64,000 bases of DNA, taken from assembly GCA_041389885.1 (NCBI GenBank), contig JAWKRB010000006.1, forward strand, positions 3,101 to 67,100, given 5' to 3'. Positions 43,016 through 52,339 of the stretch are shown here, one piece after another. The position numbers and the translations under genes were made by a program. The notes beneath the pieces are model-generated. The model was given only the letters and a program-made list of their open reading frames with translations. It did no database searches and was not told the DNA's origin. The stretch comes from Polyangiales bacterium. GTDB lineage: Bacteria; Myxococcota_A; Polyangia; Polyangiales; Ga0077539. Position 1 is the first letter of the stretch; every line of letters starts with the position of its first letter.

Positions 43016-43767
43016 CCTCCCGCGTCCTCGTCGACCCGGCCGAGCTGCGCGAAGACCGCGTGCGCGTGGAGGGCGACCGCGCGCACCACCTCCGACGGGT
43101 GTCGCGGGTGCGAGACGGCGAGCGGGTGGTGCTCTTCGTCGGCGAGGGGCGAGAGCGAGACGCCGAGGTGCTGCGGGCCGACGCCAGGGGCGTGGTGCTC
43201 GTGGCGAGCTCCGAGCCTCGCGACGGCGTGCGCCGCGACGCCGCGCGGGTGACGTGGCTCCAGGGCGTGCCGAAGGGCGACAAGCTCGACGCCATCGCCC
43301 GGCAGGCCACCGAGCTCGGCGTCGAACGGATCGTGCCCGTGTGGACCCGCCGGTCGGTGCCCGTCGAGCGCTCCGACCGCGTGGGCGCGCGCCACGAGCG
43401 CCTGCGCCGCGTCGTCGAAGAGGCCGCGCGGCAGTGCGGGCGCGCCGACATCCCCGCCGTCGATCCCCCCTGCGACCTCGCCACGGCCCTCGCGGCGGCC
43501 TCGCGCTGCGCCCTGCGGCTCGTGGCGTGGGAGCGGGCGTCGCGCCCCCTGGAGGCGCTCCCAGACCCCGCGGGCGGCGGCGTCGCGGTGCTCGCTGGGC
43601 CCGAGGGCGGGATCTCCGACGAGGAGGCGCGGCAGGCCGAGGCGCTGGGCTGGGTGTGCGTGTCGCTGGGGCCGAGGATTCTTCGGGCGGAGACGGTCGC
43701 GCCGGCCCTGCTCGCGGTGCTCTCTGCGCGCTGGGGTGACCTCCGCGGCGGGGCGGGCCAGGGCTGA
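43012..43767 (+). CDS. rsmE: 16S rRNA (uracil1498-N3)-methyltransferase RsmE (SPOUT)
   Basis: GTGA overlap with the prmA stop; C-terminal LAGPEGGISDEE signature. Confidence 0.82.
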   Translation: MTSRVLVDPAELREDRVRVEGDRAHHLRRVSRVRDGERVVLFVGEGRERDAEVLRADARGVVLVASSEPRDGVRRDAARVTWLQGVPKGDKLDAIARQATELGVERIVPVWTRRSVPVERSDRVGARHERLRRVVEEAARQCGRADIPAVDPPCDLATALAAASRCALRLVAWERASRPLEALPDPAGGGVAVLAGPEGGISDEEARQAEALGWVCVSLGPRILRAETVAPALLAVLSARWGDLRGGAGQG

Positions 43768-43808
43768 GTCCCGCGCCGGGATGATTCTCGCGGGACGGCG
43801 ATGCCGCG

Positions 43809-43837
43809 TTGACAGCGCCGCGATGAGTTTGCGATCT
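43809..43837 (+). promoter_or_regulatory. Candidate sigma70-like promoter (perfect TTGACA -35, weak -10) upstream of 43856 gene
   Basis: ttgaca-17nt-cgatct about 20 nt before the ATG at 43856; the -10 is poor. Confidence 0.2.
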
Positions 43838-43855
43838 TCGGTCCCGCGTCAGACG

Positions 43856-44635
43856 ATGTCGTTGCTCTCCGCGCTCCTTACACAGGACAAAGTCGTCACG
43901 CCGCGGAAGATCGACGAGGCCATCCAACGTCAGGTCATCTCCGGCGGAGACTTCGAGACGAACCTCCTTGAGGTGAACGCCGTCGCCGAGGATTGCCTCG
44001 CGGGGTACGCCGCGATCGTGCGCGACATGCTCCCCGCCCGCCGCGCCGAGGTGGTCGAGGCGTCGCTCGAGCTGATCGCCCGCGCGCCTCGGGCGCTGCT
44101 CGAGACCGCGGGCGCGTTCCCGCTCCGGGTGGAGGGCGGCGTGGTGCTCCTGGCGGTGTCTGACCCTCTCACCGACGCACAGTCACGAGACCTCGCCCGC
44201 GCCTTCGGCATGCCCGTCGAGGGGCGCTATGTGAGCCCGGCGCGGGTCGCCTGGGCGCACAACCACCACTTCGACACGCCGCTCCCCTCGCGCACGCGCC
44301 GGCTCGTCGAGCGCCTGGCGTCGCGCGACCCCGGGGAGCTCCCTGCGCGTCGCGCCGCGGTGGCGCAGCGCGCGGGTCCGCGCCCGGCAGGGCGCCGCGT
44401 CGGCCTCGCGACCCTCGACGCCGCCCTGCGCGAGGACGATGACGCGCGGGCCTCGTCGATGCCCGCGCCGCCGATGCCCCGGCGCCCGCCGTCGACGCGC
44501 ACCTGGCGCCCACCAGCCGCCCAGCGCGTCAGGTTCCCCGCTGCGGACCATTCGCGTGGGCGAGCCGGCGCGGGGCGCGCCGACCGACCTCCTCGACGCG
44601 GCCCCTACCCCCGCAGCGAAGGGAGGGGGACCTGA
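43856..44635 (+). CDS. Regulatory protein with T2SSE_N-like N-terminal domain and Pro/Arg-rich disordered C-terminus
   Basis: MSLLSALLTQDKVVTPRKIDEAIQRQVISGGDFETNLLE... resembles the GspE N-terminal domain; the tail is low complexity. Confidence 0.55.
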   Translation: MSLLSALLTQDKVVTPRKIDEAIQRQVISGGDFETNLLEVNAVAEDCLAGYAAIVRDMLPARRAEVVEASLELIARAPRALLETAGAFPLRVEGGVVLLAVSDPLTDAQSRDLARAFGMPVEGRYVSPARVAWAHNHHFDTPLPSRTRRLVERLASRDPGELPARRAAVAQRAGPRPAGRRVGLATLDAALREDDDARASSMPAPPMPRRPPSTRTWRPPAAQRVRFPAADHSRGRAGAGRADRPPRRGPYPRSEGRGT

Positions 44636-44655
44636 TCTCGCTCCGCGCGGCGAGG

Positions 44656-46191
44656 GTGCCCGACGCCCGCGACCTGATGGGGGAGCGGTCCCTCGACCTC
44701 GACGAGGCTCGAGCGATCCTCGCGGAGGCGACCGACCGGGAGAGCCTCGTCGACGCCCTGCTCGACCACGCCGCGCAGCACTTCGGCTACGTCGCGCTCT
44801 TCGCGGTGCACGGCGACGAGGCCTCGGGCGTCGCCGCCAGGGGCCCCGGGCTCGCGGGCGCGCCGCTGCGCGGCCTGGGGTTCAGCCTGCGGGGTGATGG
44901 CGCCTTCGCCCGCGCGGCGCGCGAGGCGAGGGTGTGCCGGGCCGACCCGAACGGCGCCGACCTCGCGGCGGCCGAGACCCTGCGACGACCGAAGGTGTCG
45001 CACCCGAGGGTGTTCCCGCTGCGCCTCCGGTCGAAGATCGCGCTGCTGCTCTGGGCCGACGACGGAGAGCGCATCCCGTCCGAGGTGGCGGTCACGGCGC
45101 TGGAGTCGTTCCTCGGCGAGTGCGCGGCGGCGTTCACGCGGCTGATCCTGGCGAAGAAGCGCGCGTCGAGGCCGGCGCCCGGGGTCGAGACGCCGTCGAG
45201 CCTGGGGCCCTTTCCGACCCTCGCGCCGCGCCGCGCGACGATCCCCTCGGTGGAGGCCCGCGCGGCGGCGCTCCGGAGCGCGCTGCTCGTCGGTGAGCGA
45301 CGCTCGGCGTCCCCGCCCCGGCGAAGCCAGCCCCCCGCGACCCGCGCCCCCGAGGCGCGGCCGACGCAGCCCGACCCCCCGAAGCCGCCCGCCGCCGCCG
45401 CGGACCTCCACGCGCTGCTCGCGAGCTTTCCCGGGCAGCATCGCGTCACGCGCTCGGCCTCCGGGGCGCGGCTCCCGGTCGCGTCGGAGCAGGGGCCGGT
45501 GCTGGCCGCCGTGGTGGCCCACGGCCCGGCGGCCCTGCCGGGGCTGCTGCCGATCCTCGCCGACCCCGACCCCACCCGACGCTACTGCGCGCTGCTGTGC
45601 CTCGCCGAGGTGCGACATCCGAGCGCGATCCCACACATCGCGTCGCTGCTGACCGACGTCGATTACCCCACGCGCATGGCCGCCATCGAGGTGCTCCGGC
45701 GCTACCGCGAGATGCCCGAGATCGCGGCGGTGTGGCCGGTGCTCCGGGCGACGATTCGCGACGCGCGGGCCACCGTCGAGGCGCGCCGCGCGGCGGCGCA
45801 CGCGGCGGGCGAGCTGCGCGACAGCGGCGCGGTCTCGGTGCTCATCGCGACGCTGTCGGAGCGGGACGCGGCCCTGGTCGCCGCCACGCGCCGGGCGCTG
45901 GTCGAGCTCTCGCGGCAGGACTTCGGCGTCGACGCGCCGCGCTGGCTCGCGTGGTGGTCCGAGGCGTCGTCGCGGCACCGCGCCGAGTGGCTCATCGACG
46001 CGCTCACGCACGCCGACGCGACGATTCGACACGAGGCCGCGGAGGAGCTCAAGGCGCTGAGCGGCCAGGTGTTCGGGTACTACTTCAACCTGCCTCGCAA
46101 GGAGCGCGAGCGCGCGCAGCAGCGATACCGCGACTGGTGGCAGCGCGAGGGCGCGACGACGCTGGCCGGGCGCGTTCACGTCGACGGCTGA
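44656..46191 (+). CDS. GAF-like plus HEAT/PBS-lyase-repeat protein
   Basis: GTG start 20 nt after the previous stop. C-terminal HEAT-like units (PTRRYCALLCLAEVRHPSAIPHI, DYPTRMAAIEVLRRY, ...RRAAAHAAGELRDSGAVSVL...). May be one gene with 43856..44635 if there is a further indel. Confidence 0.6.
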   Translation: MPDARDLMGERSLDLDEARAILAEATDRESLVDALLDHAAQHFGYVALFAVHGDEASGVAARGPGLAGAPLRGLGFSLRGDGAFARAAREARVCRADPNGADLAAAETLRRPKVSHPRVFPLRLRSKIALLLWADDGERIPSEVAVTALESFLGECAAAFTRLILAKKRASRPAPGVETPSSLGPFPTLAPRRATIPSVEARAAALRSALLVGERRSASPPRRSQPPATRAPEARPTQPDPPKPPAAAADLHALLASFPGQHRVTRSASGARLPVASEQGPVLAAVVAHGPAALPGLLPILADPDPTRRYCALLCLAEVRHPSAIPHIASLLTDVDYPTRMAAIEVLRRYREMPEIAAVWPVLRATIRDARATVEARRAAAHAAGELRDSGAVSVLIATLSERDAALVAATRRALVELSRQDFGVDAPRWLAWWSEASSRHRAEWLIDALTHADATIRHEAAEELKALSGQVFGYYFNLPRKERERAQQRYRDWWQREGATTLAGRVHVDG

Positions 46192-46195
46192 GGCC

Positions 46196-48304
46196 GTGAG
46201 GCTCGGACCCATCCTCGGCGCAGCCGCGCTGGCCGCGTGCGCCTCCTTCGCGTGGCGCGCGGCCCGGGCGGTGTACCCCGACGAGGCGCTGCACGCGCGG
46301 GTCGCCGCCGCGGTCACCCTCGCCCTCGCCAGCGCGGTGATCGGACTCAACGTCCTCGACGCCCTCGGCGCGTTCAACCTCGTCGGGGGCGCCGCGTGGT
46401 GGGGCGCGGTTGCCCTTGGATCCCGAGCGCTCCCCGCGCGTCGAGGGGGCGACGACCTCGCGACGCTCTCCCGCTGGACCCGCGCGCAGCTCGCGCACCC
46501 CGTCGACGCCGCGCTGCGCCTCTCAGCCGTCGGCCTCGTCGCCTGGCGCGTCGCCCGCGGTCTCGCGACGCCCCCCCTCGCGTGGGACAGCCTCACCTAC
46601 CACCTCGCGCGCCCCGCGCGCCTCGTGCAGCGCGGTCGCGACGTCGTCGAAGCGCTGCCCGACCAGTGGGGCTACCTCGAGTTCTTTCCCCGCGGCGGCG
46701 ACGCGCCGTGGGCGTGGATGCTGCTCTGGTGGCGGGGAGACGCGCTCCTCGCGCCCACCGGCGCCGCGGTCCTCACGGCGGCGGCGGCGAGCGCGGCGTG
46801 CCTCGCGCGGGCGCTCGGCGCCGACGCGCGGCGGAGCGGCCTGGCGGCGGCGCTGGTCGCGATGATCCCCGCCGCGGCGAACCTCTCGACCTCGGGCTAC
46901 GCCGACGTCTTCGTGCTGTGCACCGCGCTCCTCGCGGCGACCTTCCTCGTGCGCCTGGGCGCGCGGGCCGACGCGCGCGACGCGACGCTCGCCCTCGCGG
47001 CGCTCGCCCTCGGCGCGTCGGCGAAGCTCTCCGGGCTGCCGAGCTTCGTCCTCGGGGTGCTGGTCGTGGCCGCTCGCTTCGCCGCGGCGCGCGCTCGCCC
47101 GCGCCTGCCTGCGCTCGCGGCCGCCCTCCTGGGGAGCGCGGCGATCCTCGCGCCCGGGTACCTCCGCACGTGGCGCGCCACGGGTTCGCTCACCTGGCCC
47201 CTCCCGCTCACCCTCCTCGGGCGCACGATCTCCCGCGGCAACGAGGAGCTCACCCTGCTCTACGCCGGCGCGCTGCACCCGCGCACGCCGGGCGAGGGGA
47301 GCCTCGCGCGGGTTCTGCACGCGCTCATCGACCCCAAGCCCGAGTTCCCCCACGAGCTCCTCGACTGGGGGCCCGCGGTGCTGCTGGTGCTGCCCATGGC
47401 CGCGGTCGCCCTCGGGCGCCTCTGGCGGCTCCGCGCGCCGCGCTTCGGGGTCGCGGCGTCGCTCGCGCTCGCGGGCCTCCCCTTCGCGGCGCTGTTCGCG
47501 CCCTCCTTCGTGACCCTCCGAACGATCTGGATCACGGTGCTCGGACGGCTCGTGCTCCCGCTCCCGGCGACGCTGGCCGTGATCGCCGCGACGCTGCCTG
47601 GGCGCGCCGCCCGCGCCGCGCTCTGGTTCGCGCTGCTCGTCGAGCTCTCGGCGGCCTGGCCCCTCGAGCTCGTCGAGCCGGTGCGCGCGGCGATGGTCGA
47701 CACGCTCCCGGTCGTGGTCGGCGCGCTCGCCGCGTCGCTCGCCGCGGTCATGCTCGCCGCGCGTCAGCGCAGCGCGTTCCCGCTTACGATCGGGCTCCTG
47801 GCGTGCGCCGCGCTCTTCTCGGGACCGCTCGACGCGGCTCGGGCGCGGCACCGCCACGCGATCTACCGAGCCGCGGCGATCCCGGGCACGTCGGGGGCCT
47901 TCGAGCTGCACCCGCTGATCCCCCAGTTCGCGAGCGCGAGCTCGATCTGGCGCCTCCTCGACGACGGCGCGCCCCACCGCGTCGCGGTCTCCCTCGGCTG
48001 GGAGGGGATCGGGCACAACGGCTACCGATACCCCCTGCTCGGCAGCGCGCTGCAGAACACCCTGTCCTACGTGCCTGTCACCGCCGACGGATCCGTCGTC
48101 GATCACCGCCGCGCCGACGAGCTCCGCGCGCGCGCCGACGGGGCCGCGTGGCTGCGGCGCATCGAGCAGGGCGAATTCGAGTTCCTGGTGTTGCTCCACC
48201 CCTACCCGATGGAGCGCGAGTGGGTGCTCTCCCACCCCCAGCGGTTCACCCTCGCGCACCGCACCGCCGACGGGCTGCACGAGCTCTGGCGCGTTCGTCG
48301 CTGA
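46196..48304 (+). CDS. Polytopic integral membrane protein (GT-C/ArnT-PMT-like glycosyltransferase fold suspected)
   Basis: GTG start 5 nt after the upstream stop; more than 10 predicted TM helices; 702 aa. Confidence 0.6.
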   Translation: MRLGPILGAAALAACASFAWRAARAVYPDEALHARVAAAVTLALASAVIGLNVLDALGAFNLVGGAAWWGAVALGSRALPARRGGDDLATLSRWTRAQLAHPVDAALRLSAVGLVAWRVARGLATPPLAWDSLTYHLARPARLVQRGRDVVEALPDQWGYLEFFPRGGDAPWAWMLLWWRGDALLAPTGAAVLTAAAASAACLARALGADARRSGLAAALVAMIPAAANLSTSGYADVFVLCTALLAATFLVRLGARADARDATLALAALALGASAKLSGLPSFVLGVLVVAARFAAARARPRLPALAAALLGSAAILAPGYLRTWRATGSLTWPLPLTLLGRTISRGNEELTLLYAGALHPRTPGEGSLARVLHALIDPKPEFPHELLDWGPAVLLVLPMAAVALGRLWRLRAPRFGVAASLALAGLPFAALFAPSFVTLRTIWITVLGRLVLPLPATLAVIAATLPGRAARAALWFALLVELSAAWPLELVEPVRAAMVDTLPVVVGALAASLAAVMLAARQRSAFPLTIGLLACAALFSGPLDAARARHRHAIYRAAAIPGTSGAFELHPLIPQFASASSIWRLLDDGAPHRVAVSLGWEGIGHNGYRYPLLGSALQNTLSYVPVTADGSVVDHRRADELRARADGAAWLRRIEQGEFEFLVLLHPYPMEREWVLSHPQRFTLAHRTADGLHELWRVRR

Positions 48305-48487
48305 GCGCGCCGTGGCCCCCGCGACACGCGCTCGTGGCCGGTGAGCCGCGCTCAGAACCCGCAGCCCCAGCAGACCCGGCGCGGCACGCGGGCTGCTGTA
48401 GGGCCCCTCATGATGGACCCGATGTGGATGCTGGCCCCCGCGCTCTTCGCGATGGGCCTCCTGACGGCGACGCTCCGGCTCGGCCGC

Positions 48488-48859
48488 TCAGGGCGCCTGG
48501 TAGGTCGCGCCGATCTGGGCGCAGAAGGCGCGCACGACCGTCGCGTTGACGTTCGGGCCTGAGTACACCCACGAGACCAGGTCGATGCCCTGAAAGCTCC
48601 TGCGGCACCCGCCGACGCGCCCCGCGGTCTGGCACGACGCGCTCTGCTGCCAGTTGCTCGCCACCGAGCCGAGCTGGCCGCTGCGGCACGCGGTGTTGAG
48701 GGTGGCCTGCTGGTCGATGGTCAGCGTGGGGCTCTCGCTGCACACGTTGACCGTGGTGCCCGCGAGGGTCTGCTGCCCGTAGCAGCTGCCGCCGATGGCC
48801 GAGGCGATGTCGCCGCAGCCCAGGGCCGCGAGCGCGAGCAGGAGCAGGTGAGCCTTCAT
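48488..48859 (-). CDS. Small Cys-rich lipoprotein (123 aa)
   Basis: MKAHLLLLALAALGCGD lipobox; 8 Cys; GC3-typical codons. Confidence 0.6.
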   Translation of the reverse strand: MKAHLLLLALAALGCGDIASAIGGSCYGQQTLAGTTVNVCSESPTLTIDQQATLNTACRSGQLGSVASNWQQSASCQTAGRVGGCRRSFQGIDLVSWVYSGPNVNATVVRAFCAQIGATYQAP

Positions 48860-48889
48860 GGGAGGAGCCTCCGTTCGACCCCGAGCGTA

Positions 48890-50437
48890 TCACCCGTCGC
48901 GAGGCGCGCCGCGAAAGAAGCCCACCAGCGCGAAGCGCCGGCCGCGGGTCACCTCGGTCACGCCATGCAGCAGCGACGCGGAGTACACCGCCGCGGCGCC
49001 CAGGGGCGTGTGCAGCTCCGCGCCGTACTCGGGGAGCTGGAGGCGGCCGCCCTCGTAGTCGTCGGGGTTGAGGTTCATCGAGAGCGCGAAGCGCCGAGAC
49101 GCGACGGAGGGGTTCCCGTCGTCTCGGTGCGGTCGAAACATGCCCCCCTCGCGGGCGTCGTAGCACCCGACGCGAAAGGCCTCGTGGGCGCCGAGCGTGC
49201 TGTGAAACGCGCGCAGGAGCTCTGGGTCGACGCGGCGACGAAGGCGCTGGAGGATCCAGGCGTCGAGGGAGGGGTCGGTGACGAGGTGGTCCCGTCGGCG
49301 CTTGATGGCGGCGTCGGCGTAGGTCTCGCCGACGGCGGCGTGGGTGGTGACGGCGCCGGCGGCGTGGCCTCCGCGCGTCCAGCGCTCGATGAGCGACGCG
49401 CACTCGGCGGCGTCGAAGACCGAGGGCACCACCAGCACCGGCGCCAGCACCCCCGCCCGCGCGGGCTCCGCGCTCGCCGCGCGCGCGGCGTCCAAGGCGC
49501 CCTCGAGGTCCCGCCCGATCCACGCGACGCGGTTGCCGCGGTCGAGCACGACGTGCCAGTCGCCCTCACGCGCGAGCCCCAGCGCGCCCCAGAGCGCGCC
49601 CTCAGGGTCTCGCATCCACGGCACGCGCTCGCCGTCGTCGCCGGCCTCTACGCAGACGACCATCGCCGTGACCCCCTCGCGGTCCCACCGCGCGCGAAGG
49701 ACCTCGCCCCGCGCCGCGCTCGGCGCCAGCGAGAGCGCGACGGCGGTGCCCGCGAGGTCGCGCAGGCGGAGCCGCCCCGTGCCGGCGTGCCGCAGCGCGT
49801 GCTCGGGCGCGGGGTCTCCCACGCGAGGGCCCTCCGACAACACCGGGGGGGCGACGCGGTCGACGCGTCGAGCGATCGCGCGCCGCGCCGCGGCCGCGTC
49901 GTCGAAGCCGCGCTCGGTGGCCCAGCCCTCGAAGTCCTCGGGCACGTCCTGGCCGAGGGAGTCGAAATAGCGCGCCAGGGCGGCGTCCTCATCGCCCTCG
50001 GAGACCTCGGCTTCGCAGGCCCGCAGCGCGCGTCGCCAGAGCGCGTCGACGCCCTCGGCCACCCGCGCGAAATCGGCGATGTCCCGCGGCGCGAGGGCCG
50101 AGGAGGAGAGCCGCACCGACTGCACCGTGGCCTCGTCGCGGATCCAGCGCGCGAAGTCTCCGGGCGAGCTCCCGCGTGACGCCAGCCACGGGTCGAGGGC
50201 GTCGCCGCGGAGCAGCCCCCGCGCGCGTCGAAAGCCCGCCGCCGCGCTCTTCACCGAGTCTTCTGCGACGACGACGCCCTGAGCCTGCGCCAGCCTGAGG
50301 GCGTCACGGCGCAGGCGCGCGCCCTGGAGCACCGCCGCGCGCTCGTCGTCGGGCAGGAGGCGGACCTCGTCGACCAGCTCGCGGGAGAGCCTCAGGGCGT
50401 CGGGGGGGGCAGGGCGAGGTGATCCACCGGCAGACAT
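48890..50437 (-). CDS. Two-domain protein: N-terminal domain of unknown function plus C-terminal 2OG-Fe(II) oxygenase (PhyH/P4H-like) domain
   Basis: C-terminal HRDDG...H...RFALVGFF pattern (H-x-D...H plus the 2OG-binding Arg). Start taken at MSAGGSPRPAPPDAL; ORF-track start 50524 is also possible. Confidence 0.65.
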   Translation of the reverse strand: MSAGGSPRPAPPDALRLSRELVDEVRLLPDDERAAVLQGARLRRDALRLAQAQGVVVAEDSVKSAAAGFRRARGLLRGDALDPWLASRGSSPGDFARWIRDEATVQSVRLSSSALAPRDIADFARVAEGVDALWRRALRACEAEVSEGDEDAALARYFDSLGQDVPEDFEGWATERGFDDAAAARRAIARRVDRVAPPVLSEGPRVGDPAPEHALRHAGTGRLRLRDLAGTAVALSLAPSAARGEVLRARWDREGVTAMVVCVEAGDDGERVPWMRDPEGALWGALGLAREGDWHVVLDRGNRVAWIGRDLEGALDAARAASAEPARAGVLAPVLVVPSVFDAAECASLIERWTRGGHAAGAVTTHAAVGETYADAAIKRRRDHLVTDPSLDAWILQRLRRRVDPELLRAFHSTLGAHEAFRVGCYDAREGGMFRPHRDDGNPSVASRRFALSMNLNPDDYEGGRLQLPEYGAELHTPLGAAAVYSASLLHGVTEVTRGRRFALVGFFRGAPRDG

Positions 50438-50541
50438 CGCGGCGATGGTGCCACGGCCACGGGGCCGCGCGGGTCGTGTCGAAAAGTGGACCCCCTCGGA
50501 GGGATCGGCCAAGGCAGGGGACACTTCCCAGGAGGCGCCGC

Positions 50542-52275
50542 GTGACCGTGCAGTACTCTTCTTCGACCGACACCGCCGACGACCGAGCAGGTCCAGGCGA
50601 CCTGGCGGAGCTCCAGAACCCGCGGAGGCGCGAGGAGCTCTCCGCGGAGAACGTCAGGCTCCGGCGCGAGCTCGAAGGCGCCTCGCGGCAGCGGCGCGCC
50701 CTCGAGGAGAGCGGGGGCGCCGACGGCGCGTCTCGCAGGCAGGCCCTCCTCCGCGACGCCCTCACGCGCAAGGACCAGGAGATCCTCGCGCTGAAGGGGC
50801 AGCTCGCGGCGCGAGACCGCGCGGCCCTCGAGTGGCGCGACCAGGGCGACCGCGCCCGTCGCGAGCGCGCCGAGCTCGAGGAGCGGCTCCGGCTCAGCGC
50901 GGCCGTCGAGGCCGAGCGCGCGCAGCTGGCGCGGGCCCTCGAGACCGCGCGGCGAGACGCCGAGCAGACCGCGGCGGCGCTGGTCCACGCCGACGGGGTC
51001 GTGGCCGAGTGGCGCGCCGCCCTCGAGCGGGTCACCCGCGAGCTCGACGACGCGCGCCGGCAGGTCGCGGAGATGAACCGCGTCGGGCAGGAGCTCCGGG
51101 CCGCGTGGGAGTCTGCCCAGGCCGAGCGGCAGCGCGCGGCCGAGGCCCACGCCGAGCAGGTCACGGCCCTCCGGGCGCAGCACGCCGCGGCGCTGGAGCA
51201 GGTGAGAGAGGGCTACGAGCGCCTCCTGGCCGAGGGCGCCGCCCGCGTCGAAACGATGCGTGCGTCGCAGTCGGTCGCGCTGCGCGAGCTCGAGGACGCG
51301 CACGCGCAGGAGCTGGCCGCCGAGCGCGCGGGGCGCATCCGCGCCGAGGAGGCCGCCGCCGCCGAGGTCGCCCGGCGGGACGAGGCCGCGCGCAAGCTCG
51401 ACGAGGTCGACCGCAAGACCGCGGACCTCGACCGCGTTCACGAGGGCTACGCGCGCGAGATCGCCGCCCTCCAGGCCGCGCACGCGAGGGACCTCGAGGA
51501 GATGCAGTCTGCCCAGGAGCGCGCGGTGCAGGCCGCGCGGGACGACGCTGGGAGCGACGCGCGCTCCGAGCTGCTGCTCGAGCTGGAGTCGCTCCGCGCG
51601 GTGATCGAGGAGCGCGACGCCCTGAGCGCCGAGCTCGACGCGCAGCGCGACAGGGCCGCGCAGCTCGAGGCCCTCTGCGTGGCCGCGGAGCAGTCGGCGC
51701 GCGAGGCGCTGGAGGCGATGCGCGCCCGAGACGCGACCCTGCGCGACGACCTCGAGGCCGAGACCGCCGCGCTGCGCGAGGCGCACGCCGAGGCCCTCGC
51801 GGCGATCGAGCGCAGCCTCGCCGACGAGAAGGCCCGCGCCGACGGGCTCCACGAGGACCTCCAGCGCACCCGCGAGGCGCTGGGCACCTACGCGGCGGAG
51901 TGCGCCGAGCGCCTCGACGCGGCGGACCGGATCGAGGGCGAGGCGCGGTCCTTTCGCGAGCGAATGACCCGGCGGCTGGCCGACGCGGTCGAGCGGCTCC
52001 GCGTCACCACCGAGCGCGCGCAGGCCGACGCCGACGCCCTGAGCGGTGAGATCCGCCGGCTCACCAGCCTCGTGGGGCGGCTGACCGCGCGGGTCGTGGT
52101 GCAGGGCGCTCGGACCACCGCCCACGCCCGCGGCGCCGCGGCGCCCGAGGGCGACGACCTCGACGACGCGATCAGCCGCATCGCCGACGACCTCCCTGAC
52201 GCGGTCGCCGCGGCGCTCTGGGACGCGAGGGACGACCTGCTCCGCCGCGCCCTGCACTCCTCCGCGCCCTGCTAA
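50542..52275 (+). CDS. Long coiled-coil protein (Ala/Arg/Glu-rich, about 577 aa)
   Basis: GTG start with SD ggagg 7 nt upstream; heptad-like ELxxxRxxLE text throughout. Confidence 0.65.
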   Translation: MTVQYSSSTDTADDRAGPGDLAELQNPRRREELSAENVRLRRELEGASRQRRALEESGGADGASRRQALLRDALTRKDQEILALKGQLAARDRAALEWRDQGDRARRERAELEERLRLSAAVEAERAQLARALETARRDAEQTAAALVHADGVVAEWRAALERVTRELDDARRQVAEMNRVGQELRAAWESAQAERQRAAEAHAEQVTALRAQHAAALEQVREGYERLLAEGAARVETMRASQSVALRELEDAHAQELAAERAGRIRAEEAAAAEVARRDEAARKLDEVDRKTADLDRVHEGYAREIAALQAAHARDLEEMQSAQERAVQAARDDAGSDARSELLLELESLRAVIEERDALSAELDAQRDRAAQLEALCVAAEQSAREALEAMRARDATLRDDLEAETAALREAHAEALAAIERSLADEKARADGLHEDLQRTREALGTYAAECAERLDAADRIEGEARSFRERMTRRLADAVERLRVTTERAQADADALSGEIRRLTSLVGRLTARVVVQGARTTAHARGAAAPEGDDLDDAISRIADDLPDAVAAALWDARDDLLRRALHSSAPC

Positions 52276-52339
52276 TTGACGGGTCTCTTCGCCGGCGGTC
52301 TTTACGTCGGCGCCGAGGATGGTTACCCCGCGCCACGCC

